From IMG/VR virus record IMGVR_UViG_3300030012_003022, positions 1 to 61,556 of that record: a stretch of DNA of 61,556 nt. One strand, 5' to 3'. Numbering within the stretch: position 1 is the first letter of the stretch; every line of letters starts with the position of its first letter. This DNA comes from a virus. Lineage: Duplodnaviria; Caudoviricetes. The notes beneath the pieces are model-generated. The model saw only the letters and a program-made list of their open reading frames with translations, did no database searches and was not told the DNA's origin. Shown here in pieces: positions 1-10,174 of the stretch. The position numbers and the translations under genes are program-made.

Positions 1-7
1 TGGCTTG
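1..7. repeat. Terminal overlap TGGCTTG, identical to 61550-61556; circular or terminally redundant assembly
   Basis: The ends match, and joining them gives a continuous frame ...NLNTMACGGRPGYSSGGLVDFTDY. Confidence 0.85.
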
Positions 8-3000
8 TGGAGGAAGACCCGGATACTCAAGTGGTGGTCTTGTGGACTTTACAGATTATAATGTAGCAACACATGGATTTCCATATCTACTTGATTCATA
101 TTGGAGAGAGGCTACTGCATCTTATAAAAATGTAACAAGTCCTTTTGCTGAACATAAAAACTCTTTGAATTTTATTAATGACGGGACTAAACTAAAAAGT
201 AATGTTGTAGTAGGAGATACTGAATTACCACTAAAGGATATAACAGAATTTGATACTTCCGGATATGGAGTAATAATGTGCGAGAAGGGTAGTGGTAATA
301 CCGCAGAAAAAATTGCATACTACTATGCTTGGACAGGAAAATCAACTTCTACTATAAATGGAACTGTTGTTGATGTTCTAACAGGTGTATATATTACATC
401 TTATTCAGTAGTCACACACCCTCAACATGCAATAGCACAATTAAAAGGAGATGTAACGGCAGGTGCAACAGGAAGTGATGTTGATATTGGTAGTAACGAA
501 GACTTGCTACCCGATGATAAATTAGAAACTAATTTTGATAAAGTTACTGTGTATAATACTCCTGCTGCTCTATATGGTCTGCGATTAAACTTAAACATAG
601 TAGGTAAAATTACTTCTGCTAACTGTGGAACATTTACTGCCGACGAGAAGATTTCATTTATTCAAAATAATGCGATTCACGAATCTTGGTTGAATAACTC
701 TTCTCTTCCTGCAATTAGCGATATTAACAATGTTCCTATAATGAAAGATAATTCTTCCGACACCTTCGGGTGTTCTATTGATGCAAAGACAAAAACCATT
801 TATGATATTCTTGATACTATGAGTAGCAAAGAAGGAGTAGGTCTTGCTGGTAATACTAAAAGAATGACTTTCCAAATGGGAAGAGACAATAGATTAGACT
901 TTAGAGAAGAATATTCTTCCGGTATTACTCTAAATCGCAACAATTTAAAATTATCAAATCTTAGAACAGAAGGATTTTCGCAAATAACAAATGTAAGAGT
1001 ATATTATAATGGTAATAGTTCATTTGTTGATTTTCCAACACCAAGCGAAAATACAGATATAAGATGGAGAACTTTAGCATTTCCCGAAATTATGAATAGA
1101 GGAGAAGCAGAAGCATTAGCAAAACAAGAGTTTGATAGAGAAACTGAATCAAAAATTAGTATTGAAGCAGAAATGCTAAGAGATGCTAATAATAATCACA
1201 AGATGCTTAGTGGTAGAAGAGGTTATGTTGCAGATGTATTTAGAAAGAGATTAAATACAGATAACTTTGCTATTGATAATTCGCAACCGGAAACCTGCTG
1301 GTGGACTAATCTAAATGGAGGTAGCCCTTTCTTTGGAATACAAAACGGATTGCATAAAAGAGGTAAAAGTAAGGCTTCATACTCTTTTAATACGGGGAGT
1401 CATACATCAACATCAACAGTTTGTCATGCTTATATAACTCAACAATCAAAACCCGAAAGTCTCGGAATAGTTGCTTTATCGTTAGTTAAAACAGATGGAG
1501 GCGCATTTAATCCAAGCGGTAGTAATACATTTGCTAATCCACCATTAGGTAGTTTTGGTGGTAGTGGTAGTGTGACGGTTCTAACAGGAGGGTCAGCAGA
1601 TAATTTTAGATTTGACTATGAGGGAAATACAGGAACTCTTGTAGCCTTTGGTGGAGTAGCAGGATATTATAATTTACCATGCGAAATAGGAAGCACAGGC
1701 AATTTTTATAATCTAAGAATATATTATGACGGAACTACTATTTCAAGTAGTAGTTCTATGGATGTTAATTTTGCAGAACAACATACAAAAGATGAAGCAT
1801 ATTATTTTTATGGTGCTAATAGCCTATCACATGCTCTACAAGTAGTTCATATTGATGCAGGAACTAACAAAGTAAGTGCTACTACCGGAGAAAAGTTGCG
1901 ATTAGCAATTGCTTGTTTTAGTGGAACTAATAGCACAGATGCTAAATTTATTTTGTATTTAGCAGATTGCGATTTTAAGACAACCGCTACACAAAAGGGC
2001 GCAGTATATTATCCACCCGATAATACAGTAACAAATACACTAAACACAACATTTAGAAAAGATATTATCATAGACGGAAATGGATATTATACAATGACTA
2101 TACCATCAAGTTATGATGGTAATGCTCGTAAAATAATATTTTCAGTTAATTATGATTATCTATGCGCGCTTATTAAAGAAAGATGCGGTGATATAGTAGG
2201 TAATGGACAATCTTCAATAGCAAACGGGAAGATAGGTCTTGGGTCATTTGGTTTATCCACTTCTGCTGATTCCATATTCCCATTAGGAATGCGAGAATAT
2301 CCGGAGATGGGTGCTTTAGCAAATCAGCATGCTGCGTATTATGCACCAAGAATAAACATCGTTGATGATTTTACTTACATACCTGCTACGAGCCTAACTT
2401 ATACAGATGCTCATATTGACATAAGTAATGAGAGAATGATAATAAAAAGAATAAGTTATCAACAACAAGAAAGAAATGTGGAACAAGTAAAATTAGGTCT
2501 TGAGAAAATATCAACCCATTCTCGATACAATTTCGCAAGAGTATTCAAAGAGAGAACAGGGGGAGGAGGAGGCGGAGGAGAAAAGGCGAAGCCGAGACCC
2601 ACAAGACCATTACCACCTTCTCTAAAACCTGCACCCGACACGAAAGGAGGTTCGGGAGTTAATAAGGATGGGGCGCAGCCAAGAAAGGTCTTGATGAGTA
2701 GTAATGTAGGTGGCGGAGACCCTTCTTCACAAGGTATGGGTTATAGTGGTATGACTTCTAACGATATATCGCAAAGCCTACTAAACAGAATCAAAGGTAA
2801 ATCCGACTTCAACAACGACATAGGCTCAAGTGGTGGTAATTGGTCTGTTCTTGGTATGAAGAAGACAGGTAATCAATCCTCCTTTGATAGAGCAGTTGAT
2901 GGTGTTGATGTTATCAGTTCACCTGCGACAGGTGTAGCAATCGCAACATCGGAAGGATTCTGTATGTCCGGTATAGAGAACCCTCTTGATTCCGGTTCGG

Positions 3001-3395
3001 GACAAAATGAACAACACACATACTCTATGTCTGTGCGAGTTCCTAATGATTCAGCAGGTGGATTCTTTTCTCTTGAGTCAATAGTATCAACAGATACCTC
3101 AAACACAATCGAACTAACAATGACTGCTACTTGTATTGAAACTAACAAGAGCGTTAGCACTACAAAAGCCCTTACAGGCTCTAAAAATAGGGAGAAGATA
3201 CTCTTGATGCCTACTACCCTCATTGAGGGTCTTAGCACCGCAGGAAACACCCTTAAAATAGACATAACAAGGAAACCTAATCAAGGTAATGACAATGCAC
3301 CTTATGATTCCCTAATCATTCACAATACTTCCGTTAATCTAAGAAGATTGAATAAGCCTAACATAGCCGAAAGTGATAACTTCCGACCTTACTAA
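1..3395 (+). CDS. C-terminal part of a giant (~2420 aa) virion tail/baseplate protein that begins at 57682
   Basis: The frame is open from position 3 and is in frame with the 57682 ORF across the junction. G/S/T/N-rich; lies after the tape measure gene. Confidence 0.75.
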   Translation, partial: ACGGRPGYSSGGLVDFTDYNVATHGFPYLLDSYWREATASYKNVTSPFAEHKNSLNFINDGTKLKSNVVVGDTELPLKDITEFDTSGYGVIMCEKGSGNTAEKIAYYYAWTGKSTSTINGTVVDVLTGVYITSYSVVTHPQHAIAQLKGDVTAGATGSDVDIGSNEDLLPDDKLETNFDKVTVYNTPAALYGLRLNLNIVGKITSANCGTFTADEKISFIQNNAIHESWLNNSSLPAISDINNVPIMKDNSSDTFGCSIDAKTKTIYDILDTMSSKEGVGLAGNTKRMTFQMGRDNRLDFREEYSSGITLNRNNLKLSNLRTEGFSQITNVRVYYNGNSSFVDFPTPSENTDIRWRTLAFPEIMNRGEAEALAKQEFDRETESKISIEAEMLRDANNNHKMLSGRRGYVADVFRKRLNTDNFAIDNSQPETCWWTNLNGGSPFFGIQNGLHKRGKSKASYSFNTGSHTSTSTVCHAYITQQSKPESLGIVALSLVKTDGGAFNPSGSNTFANPPLGSFGGSGSVTVLTGGSADNFRFDYEGNTGTLVAFGGVAGYYNLPCEIGSTGNFYNLRIYYDGTTISSSSSMDVNFAEQHTKDEAYYFYGANSLSHALQVVHIDAGTNKVSATTGEKLRLAIACFSGTNSTDAKFILYLADCDFKTTATQKGAVYYPPDNTVTNTLNTTFRKDIIIDGNGYYTMTIPSSYDGNARKIIFSVNYDYLCALIKERCGDIVGNGQSSIANGKIGLGSFGLSTSADSIFPLGMREYPEMGALANQHAAYYAPRINIVDDFTYIPATSLTYTDAHIDISNERMIIKRISYQQQERNVEQVKLGLEKISTHSRYNFARVFKERTGGGGGGGEKAKPRPTRPLPPSLKPAPDTKGGSGVNKDGAQPRKVLMSSNVGGGDPSSQGMGYSGMTSNDISQSLLNRIKGKSDFNNDIGSSGGNWSVLGMKKTGNQSSFDRAVDGVDVISSPATGVAIATSEGFCMSGIENPLDSGSGQNEQHTYSMSVRVPNDSAGGFFSLESIVSTDTSNTIELTMTATCIETNKSVSTTKALTGSKNREKILLMPTTLIEGLSTAGNTLKIDITRKPNQGNDNAPYDSLIIHNTSVNLRRLNKPNIAESDNFRPY

Positions 3396-3401
3396 TAGTA
3401 G

Positions 3402-3484
3402 ATGAGGCAGGGTAGCGCACAGGAGGAGTTTATGCAAATGAAGAATGAGAACCATAAGAGTGTTGCGCTACTACCTGCCTCAAT
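3402..3484 (-). ncRNA. Candidate small RNA or structured element between convergent operons
   Basis: Closing stem GAGGCAGG-GTAGCGCA / TGCGCTAC-ta-CCTGCCTC with a ~45 nt loop; TTTATAAA at 3503-3510 lies just upstream on the minus strand. Confidence 0.4.
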
Positions 3485-3504
3485 CTAAACACGGTATGTT
3501 GTAT

Positions 3505-4248
3505 TTATAAATCCTTCCATGTGGTTCTCAATTCTTTTAAGCGTCTTGCGGTGACTCTACCTACTCCTCTAATAGCCATCAAATCTTTGATTCTAACCTT
3601 TGTCTTGAGTAAGTTAGGTATGCTACCGAACTTATTCAGTAATGATGTTGCGATTTCTTCTGTTATTCCTTGAACTCCCATTAGAGCAAGCAATCTTGGG
3701 TCTGTTGGTAGAGACTTAGTTCTCTTAGCAACAGTCAATGTCTTGCCTATTTGCTTTTTCAAGTGCGATACTTGTAGCCACTCAACGAAGTCTTCCATAT
3801 TTACGAACTCTATAATCCTAAGTTTAGGGAAATGCGAATAGGCAACCATCTTAAATGACTTGATAACCCTATTCATTTTTGCTATTTCTTTCCTCATTTC
3901 ATGTGCCTTTGGTTTCCTTCCTTTGAAATATGGTTTCAATTGAGTTCCATAAATCGCAAGGAATGGTTTTTCTGCCACTTCACAAAGTTCCGATAATTGA
4001 TGATTGATTGTCCTTCCGTTCCTTCCTATACCTAAGATTGTGCGATACAAGTCGTTGATTTCCTTTGCTTCAATCAACCAATCGCCTATTTGATAATCGC
4101 CATGAGGCAGTCTCTTTACGAGAACATTACCTTTTGGGTCAGTCTTGCGATTACCCGCAGCAACATACAGACGATGCAGCAAAGCGTCGTTTTCCCTGTC
4201 GTCTGCATATATCATATTGCGAATAGGATTAACAGACTGTATAATCAT
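3505..4248 (-). CDS. ERCC4/XPF (Hef-like) structure-specific nuclease with C-terminal HhH motifs
   Basis: ADDRE, GDY, IEAKxxxDL (ERKxxxD-like), and HhH motifs VQGIT and IRGVG. Start placed at the ATGA overlap with the primase stop. Confidence 0.8.
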   Translation of the reverse strand: MIIQSVNPIRNMIYADDRENDALLHRLYVAAGNRKTDPKGNVLVKRLPHGDYQIGDWLIEAKEINDLYRTILGIGRNGRTINHQLSELCEVAEKPFLAIYGTQLKPYFKGRKPKAHEMRKEIAKMNRVIKSFKMVAYSHFPKLRIIEFVNMEDFVEWLQVSHLKKQIGKTLTVAKRTKSLPTDPRLLALMGVQGITEEIATSLLNKFGSIPNLLKTKVRIKDLMAIRGVGRVTARRLKELRTTWKDL

Positions 4249-5222
4249 TTCGCACAATACCAACAATCCCCGTCGCATAAATTATGTCTTCGATACCAAG
4301 ATGGGGAGGGGGAACGCTTGTATTTCATCATTCCACGAACATACTTGCGAGTAGTTGCAGCGTTGTAGTCAATCCAATTTAGACCCTCTATGAAGTCGCA
4401 TATATTATCAACAATTCCCATTCTCTCATCAATAGTCAAATCTTCGGGGTCTGCGAACCATCTTAACTGTTGAGCCATTGTCTGCACTAAACCAACACGG
4501 ACATGATGCGGTGGGTTACTCATACGAATAGCCCTGTTGAGGCATGTAGGTAATGCTACCTCTCCCCCATGATGCCCGACTTTAACTGTATTATTAGTGC
4601 GATTATTAGACTCTTGATACGGATTATCAGCCTTCCAAATAACCAAGTCGAAGCAATCATCGTGATTCACTACACCGAAGAAAGGGTCAAGCATATTATC
4701 AAGGTTCTTTCTTTTCGGTATGCGATAATCGTTGGGGTTCTGTGCGAATACCCTTGCTTCTATTGGAGTAGCCCACTTGCCCCTCGATACATTGAAGGTA
4801 TTAGAGACGCGAGTAATCTTCTCCGGATAACCTACACCATCAAGGGAAGTAAGTCCTTCGGCCATCTTCCTTTGGTAACGGTCAAGGTGAAAAGCCCAAT
4901 CCCTGCCCTTGACGGGTCTCTTGAATATTTGATGAACATGAAAGCCCCTGCCTGTCGCTACGAGCCTCACATCTCCCTCTAAACGCTTGATTAGATTAGC
5001 AACATCTTCCTTGACTACCTCCATAGGGTAATCTTCATTCATGTCAAAATCCCACCAAGCCCTGTCAATAACGACAGTATCGTAGTCGTATGGGTCGTCA
5101 AAGTGGTAGAGGCTTGTGTAGATGTTAGTCTTGCCGTTGAGCCTATTGATATAACTATCGAACTCCTCTTTGGAATAACACTTCTGCCTCTTCAAGCCAA
5201 TCTGTCGGGGGAACTTGAGCAT
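4245..5222 (-). CDS. Archaeo-eukaryotic primase, PriS catalytic domain fused to a PriL-like C-terminal domain
   Basis: WWDFD (DxD), TGRGFHVH, RVSNT; C-terminal LPTCL..PHHVR..LC..C. Confidence 0.8.
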   Translation of the reverse strand: MLKFPRQIGLKRQKCYSKEEFDSYINRLNGKTNIYTSLYHFDDPYDYDTVVIDRAWWDFDMNEDYPMEVVKEDVANLIKRLEGDVRLVATGRGFHVHQIFKRPVKGRDWAFHLDRYQRKMAEGLTSLDGVGYPEKITRVSNTFNVSRGKWATPIEARVFAQNPNDYRIPKRKNLDNMLDPFFGVVNHDDCFDLVIWKADNPYQESNNRTNNTVKVGHHGGEVALPTCLNRAIRMSNPPHHVRVGLVQTMAQQLRWFADPEDLTIDERMGIVDNICDFIEGLNWIDYNAATTRKYVRGMMKYKRSPSPSWYRRHNLCDGDCWYCAK

Positions 5223-5236
5223 AATGTTATCACAAC

Positions 5237-5383
5237 CTACTCGTCGTTAATAACCTCTCTATGTCCACATATAGAGCATATTGCTATTCTTTTGCTTTCG
5301 GTTTCAACATCTCCCGTTATCAGCATAACGGGTCTGCTATCCTCTTGTATCTTCATTTCTGCATCGCATTCTTTACAAATCAT
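5237..5383 (-). CDS. 48-aa Zn-ribbon protein (not in ORF track)
   Basis: Translated by hand: MICKECDAEM...ICSICGHREVINDE, two CxxC motifs; fills the gap in the operon. Confidence 0.7.
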   Translation of the reverse strand: MICKECDAEMKIQEDSRPVMLITGDVETESKRIAICSICGHREVINDE

Positions 5384-5387
5384 TCTT

Positions 5388-6320
5388 TCACCACAAATTA
5401 TCTAATCCATTCATTTCACTTTCGCAAGACATAGAAAAGTCGCACCATTGGGGGCAGAAGTAATCCGACCATTTCATAGGCCACTCATGGTTCTTTATAC
5501 CCTCGCAAGCCTCTTTTAGAGACTTCTCTAATGATGTAATACTTCTCTTATTTACTTTCTCCACGATTAATATTCCTTTACCGCCTTTGCCTAATGCGAT
5601 TTCTTTCTTGTTTTCGGTCTTTACCCATCCACCTTTGCAGGTCATAACTCTATCAATATCCCACTCTCCCCAATCATCCTTCCAACCACACAGTTCTGCG
5701 AAGAACTTGGGGTTTTCTGCGTCGGGCGCAAGATAAGCAAAATGCGTGATAGGTCTTGTTTCCCCCATCAAACGCAACATACGGGAATAATAACATAGTT
5801 CCTTTCTTGTCTTTTGCATTTTATTAGAAGCCCAATTCCCTGTCTTTAGTTCATAGATACACAGACCGCCATCGGGATGAACGAGAATCGCATCTATTAG
5901 ACCTACAAGAATAACCCCGTTTTCTTCATCCCACACGGCACGATACTCTTCATACTCTACGGGTTTGAAGTTCTCAAGACCCCACCTTTCTATCCTGCAT
6001 TCTTCAAGAAATGTTAGAGTCTTGTTTGATTCATGCTCTCTATCCTCCGGTATTAGGGGAGACAATACAGACTGCCCTTCCCAATTATCATAGACAGTCT
6101 CAAGATTCTCATGCACGAATGAACCTGCAATCATGGCCTCCGTAGCAGGTAAGCGCGTATTTTTCAATTGTATTTTTTCCCACCAAAACTTGCGAGGACA
6201 CATTACATAGGACATGAACGAAGACTTTGACATCTTCAAGAACTTATCTTCATCGTTAGGGTCATAACTACCTAACTTTGCTAACTCCTTAGAAGTAAGC
6301 CCCTCCGGTGGCCTCTCCAT
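5388..6320 (-). CDS. Cas4/AddB-like PD-(D/E)xK exonuclease with Fe-S cysteines
   Basis: SKSS..CPRK, GSFVHE, GLIDA, ELKTG, C-terminal CPQWCDFSMSC. Confidence 0.8.
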   Translation of the reverse strand: MERPPEGLTSKELAKLGSYDPNDEDKFLKMSKSSFMSYVMCPRKFWWEKIQLKNTRLPATEAMIAGSFVHENLETVYDNWEGQSVLSPLIPEDREHESNKTLTFLEECRIERWGLENFKPVEYEEYRAVWDEENGVILVGLIDAILVHPDGGLCIYELKTGNWASNKMQKTRKELCYYSRMLRLMGETRPITHFAYLAPDAENPKFFAELCGWKDDWGEWDIDRVMTCKGGWVKTENKKEIALGKGGKGILIVEKVNKRSITSLEKSLKEACEGIKNHEWPMKWSDYFCPQWCDFSMSCESEMNGLDNLW

Positions 6321-6322
6321 AA

Positions 6323-6673
6323 TTACTCCTCTTCTTTTATATCGTGGAGTGTAGTCTGCACAGTCTCTCTTAGAGGTTCATTACAGTAAGGGCAATCATC
6401 AACCTTGTCTATACCTTCAAGTATAGGTGTCCTAATAGTTCCGCCACAATGAGGGCAGTCTTCTTTGTGCATCATATCAAGACTCTCAAGTAGTTTTGAT
6501 ATAATCATATTGTGCTTCTCTAATTCTTTGACGAACATATTTAGGAACGAGTCAATACGACTCGCCATAACATTTAGGTTATTCTCCAATTCTCTTACTG
6601 TCGGCTTTCTCTTACTTGGCATATTTATCTCACTCTCTTTTATCATTATAAATCTGTCGTCAAATCCACTCAA
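6323..6673 (-). CDS. Coiled-coil plus Zn-ribbon protein with a PIP-like tail
   Basis: CPHC...CPYC and QTTLHDI; the true start may be a downstream ATG. Confidence 0.65.
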   Translation of the reverse strand: MSGFDDRFIMIKESEINMPSKRKPTVRELENNLNVMASRIDSFLNMFVKELEKHNMIISKLLESLDMMHKEDCPHCGGTIRTPILEGIDKVDDCPYCNEPLRETVQTTLHDIKEEE

Positions 6674-8888
6674 TATCGGCTACACCACGAATAGTATTCT
6701 CAAGAGGCATAATATCCCAATTCATAACCTCATAGTATGGTAATACTTTTGACAGAATATATTTGTCTGCTAATTCTTTATATCCGATTTTTGCGATACC
6801 TTCTATCTCATCGGGAGAATCGAAACCTATGTAGTTTCCGTCTTCATCAATGGTGCATAGAAAGTAATCTCCTTTGCGATACCCTTTACCTAAATTATCG
6901 TTAGCCCATTTAGCACCTGCTCTCGCTTCACCAAGAACGGAATATTTTGACAAATCGTTCTTTAGTTTTGCTTTTATTGTCAAATCCTCAACAGGTATCT
7001 CGCCATTGACTACCTTTGATATGAGAGAGCGTAAGTGCATAGTTATCACTTCTTCCTTAGTATCTGTAAGTATCGCATCTATCACATACGACATAGCATC
7101 TTTCATGGCTTTAGGCAATCTGCTTTGTTTCATTTCTATACCTTTGACATAGAACTCTCTCTCATGGTATGAACCATCAGTCCATTGAACCATACCTGCG
7201 TATCTGTTCTTCGCCATTATCAAAAAGGAGGAAGACCATTTCTCAAACTCGGTGATTATTGGTTTCATCTTCTCGTTGATAATTGATAGTGCCTCCACGC
7301 CCTTTTCGGGGTTGGGAACTCGGCACATGATAGAATCAGTATGTCCGTAAATAACAGGGAATCCAAGTTCTTCTGCATGGTCTCGCAACTCTCCCAATGT
7401 CTGCCTTGAAGTAAATGTAATAGCAGAAGCAATATCGGGGTGATACATTCCAAACTTTGCGTCTCCTGCTACCCCATACATAGAAGCAACAAGGGATTTA
7501 GTTGCGAATTGTAGAGCGTCGTATCTCTTCTTTTCTATCTCGGTCTCCGATTCTTTCATCTTCTTCTTGTATATGTTGCGAAGTTCTGTCATTTTATCCA
7601 TCTGTCTGCATAAGAGACCTTTCTTTTCCATGTTGAACTTGATACCATTACCGCAGTCTTGCCCCTGCTCATCAAGAGTAGTCCAACATATACCGTATTT
7701 ATCCACATTACTGTGATACATGGCTCGCACATCGAATATACCTATGTCTTTATACACTCCCGCTTGAGGCTTCATTATCTCCGCACCTTCATATTCCACC
7801 TTACCAAACTGCGGTTTAGTAGGAATCTTTCTATCAAAGTCCTCATCTCTCATACTTAGATAGGTGAACATCTTTGTGATAAATGGTGTGCTTCTAATAT
7901 CGCAACCTACAATATGTTGTAGAGCAGTATAATATCCGAGAGCATCAACCAAATCATTTAGTCTCGGTAGCAAATCAACATCTTGTCTTGCGTAATCAAG
8001 ATATGTTCCAAAGTCCGTGTAGTAAGTGTCGTGTCCGTCTTCAAGTGGAACTTTCTTGTCTTTTAGACAATGCAAAGAAACGGCATCAAGAGCCATAGAT
8101 GGTAATTGACCGTTCTTCATAACCCACAGTTTGCTAAACGCAATCATCAAGTCTATAACATTCGTTCCCACTATGGGCTGACCCCAATCACCGAACTCAT
8201 ATCGCACCCTCCTCATAGGAGAGAGCATTCGCACATCTATGTTGTTATGTTTGAATCTCTTGAATAACTGTTGAATATCCGCATTGACTACATTCCAACC
8301 TGTCAATATGTCGGGGTCATGGGAATTGAGCAATTTAGCAAATGCGTATAGCATATCGGACTCGTTGCTGAAAGCCTTGAATGAACGACCATCAGTCTCG
8401 CAAGCCTCCTTCTCATAGGGGTGATTCTTACACGGTATGCTTGTGTAATTACCTGCCTCATAATCTTCATGCGTAAAGAAAACAAACTCGCCCTTGATAG
8501 AATCACGCACTACAATTATAGTTATCTCCCCACCATCAATCTTCCATTCCATATCGAAGAACCACACCCTATGTTCGTATTTAGGACATTCAAACTCACT
8601 ATCCACAAGAACTCTATTGGTGAAAGGGATATTACCTTCCCATGTCGGAGTATCGGGGTTGCTACTGCGAAACTCCGACAAATCTTGCGTTGTGTTGAAA
8701 AATACCTTCTTTAGTCTCTCTCCGTATAGACCTGTAAAACCACTTTCGGTTTCAAGGGGGATAGTATCAATATGTTCTTCGACATATAGGTAGGGTCTAT
8801 GTCCTGTGATTTTGGTTGTCTGTCTCTTGCCTTCGCTATCTCTATGTCTTACAATGACGGTGCTTCCCCTGCCTCTCTCAACAATCAT
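6660..8888 (-). CDS. polB: Family B DNA polymerase
   Basis: Exonuclease motifs FFDME, GWN...D, YARQD; polymerase motifs DVRAMYHS, KSLVASMYG, YGHTDS, KNRY, VKGIE. Confidence 0.95.
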   Translation of the reverse strand: MIVERGRGSTVIVRHRDSEGKRQTTKITGHRPYLYVEEHIDTIPLETESGFTGLYGERLKKVFFNTTQDLSEFRSSNPDTPTWEGNIPFTNRVLVDSEFECPKYEHRVWFFDMEWKIDGGEITIIVVRDSIKGEFVFFTHEDYEAGNYTSIPCKNHPYEKEACETDGRSFKAFSNESDMLYAFAKLLNSHDPDILTGWNVVNADIQQLFKRFKHNNIDVRMLSPMRRVRYEFGDWGQPIVGTNVIDLMIAFSKLWVMKNGQLPSMALDAVSLHCLKDKKVPLEDGHDTYYTDFGTYLDYARQDVDLLPRLNDLVDALGYYTALQHIVGCDIRSTPFITKMFTYLSMRDEDFDRKIPTKPQFGKVEYEGAEIMKPQAGVYKDIGIFDVRAMYHSNVDKYGICWTTLDEQGQDCGNGIKFNMEKKGLLCRQMDKMTELRNIYKKKMKESETEIEKKRYDALQFATKSLVASMYGVAGDAKFGMYHPDIASAITFTSRQTLGELRDHAEELGFPVIYGHTDSIMCRVPNPEKGVEALSIINEKMKPIITEFEKWSSSFLIMAKNRYAGMVQWTDGSYHEREFYVKGIEMKQSRLPKAMKDAMSYVIDAILTDTKEEVITMHLRSLISKVVNGEIPVEDLTIKAKLKNDLSKYSVLGEARAGAKWANDNLGKGYRKGDYFLCTIDEDGNYIGFDSPDEIEGIAKIGYKELADKYILSKVLPYYEVMNWDIMPLENTIRGVADIEWI

Positions 8889-9346
8889 CTTAAACACCAC
8901 ATCTCGTATTTTTCCATATCAAGATGTAGTTTGGTGAACAACTCATCGTCATACCGTATTGGCTGATAACCGAGACTAACTACAACATCTCGCAATCTCG
9001 TAGCGGCAGTTTCACCAAAGGGATTTAAGATAGCCACAATAGGAACGGCTAACTTTTTAATTTGTTCATTTCTGTGCTTTAGTAATTCTTTGTGAAATCC
9101 GTTGCCCCTAAACTCTAACTTGACATAGGTATTACCTACAAATACGAAACTTAGGTTGTCTTGTGCATCATAGACAAGTGTAGCCGTAGTATAACCTACG
9201 GGGTAATCATCAATCATAAGGACATAGTATATTGCATCGTTGTATATTTGAGGATAACCCCTCTCATGCGCTCTTACTAAGCCTTCTCCTACCCAATTGT
9301 GTTCTAAATCTGTATATGTCCAACCGCTTGAAATTCTCCACTCCAT
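8885..9346 (-). CDS. GNAT-family acetyltransferase
   Basis: Motif A YVKLEFRGNGFHKELL; size fits the family. Confidence 0.7.
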   Translation of the reverse strand: MEWRISSGWTYTDLEHNWVGEGLVRAHERGYPQIYNDAIYYVLMIDDYPVGYTTATLVYDAQDNLSFVFVGNTYVKLEFRGNGFHKELLKHRNEQIKKLAVPIVAILNPFGETAATRLRDVVVSLGYQPIRYDDELFTKLHLDMEKYEMWCLR

Positions 9347-9361
9347 GAGTTAGAATAGGTA

Positions 9362-9376
9362 TGAAGACCTTATAAA
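9362..9376 (-). promoter_or_regulatory. TATA-like promoter TTTATAAGGTCTTCA (second copy at 21325-21339)
   Basis: About 30 nt upstream of the ATG; 14/15 identical to the element upstream of 21307. Confidence 0.55.
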
Positions 9377-9382
9377 TCCGTC

Positions 9383-10174
9383 TTACACCCAATCAACGCC
9401 TTCCTTCTTAGGAAGGGAATCAAATCTTTCTTTCATTCTCTCGGCTGACTCTTCATATAACTCAACCATAGTTGAGTTGCGATTATTCAAGTAGGCCGCT
9501 ACTCCGGTAGTTCCCGAACCTGCGAACGGGTCGAGAACCCAATCGCCTTCTTCTGTGCTTGCTAACAAACACTTTTCCGGAAGTTCCAATGGAAACGGTG
9601 CTTCATGTCCGTTATTCGCAGGAGTCATATCCCACACAGTAAATAGATTCGCAGGTTTGTAGAAGTAATCTTTGCTTTTAGCAAACATGAATATCCTCTC
9701 ATGCTTAGGAATAGGTCTCTTAATGTATGCTTCCGGTTGAGGATATGCTTTGCTTTTATTCCAAATTATTTCACTTCGCAAAATCCAACCGTCTTCCTGT
9801 AAAGCAAGTGCTACAAGCCAACCAACACCGAGTAGATTCTTAGGTGGGAGGTCTTTTACATTCCTTGAACCCCACTTATTCTTTAACGCTTTTATTCCTC
9901 CTTCTTTGTAGTCCGAACCTGCACCACCACTACCGTTATAGCAATCTCCTATGTTCAACCATAGTGTGCCATCGTCTGTTAGACTATCTCGCACCTTCCT
10001 AAATACATTTACCATACTCTCAATGTATTCATTGAGGGTCTGCGATTTCCCTATTTCGGCATCATCATCCCCATAAGAACGCATACCAAAATAAGGGGGG
10101 CTTGTGATACAAGAGCGATATAGATTGGTCGGTAATGTTACTTCCATTATATCTCCAACTACTATCTCATTCAA
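9383..10174 (-). CDS. Beta-class amino-DNA methyltransferase, probably N4-cytosine
   Basis: Catalytic motif ITSPPY precedes the SAM motif LDPFAGSGTTG; also IIWNK and HEAPFP. Confidence 0.9.
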   Translation of the reverse strand: MNEIVVGDIMEVTLPTNLYRSCITSPPYFGMRSYGDDDAEIGKSQTLNEYIESMVNVFRKVRDSLTDDGTLWLNIGDCYNGSGGAGSDYKEGGIKALKNKWGSRNVKDLPPKNLLGVGWLVALALQEDGWILRSEIIWNKSKAYPQPEAYIKRPIPKHERIFMFAKSKDYFYKPANLFTVWDMTPANNGHEAPFPLELPEKCLLASTEEGDWVLDPFAGSGTTGVAAYLNNRNSTMVELYEESAERMKERFDSLPKKEGVDWV

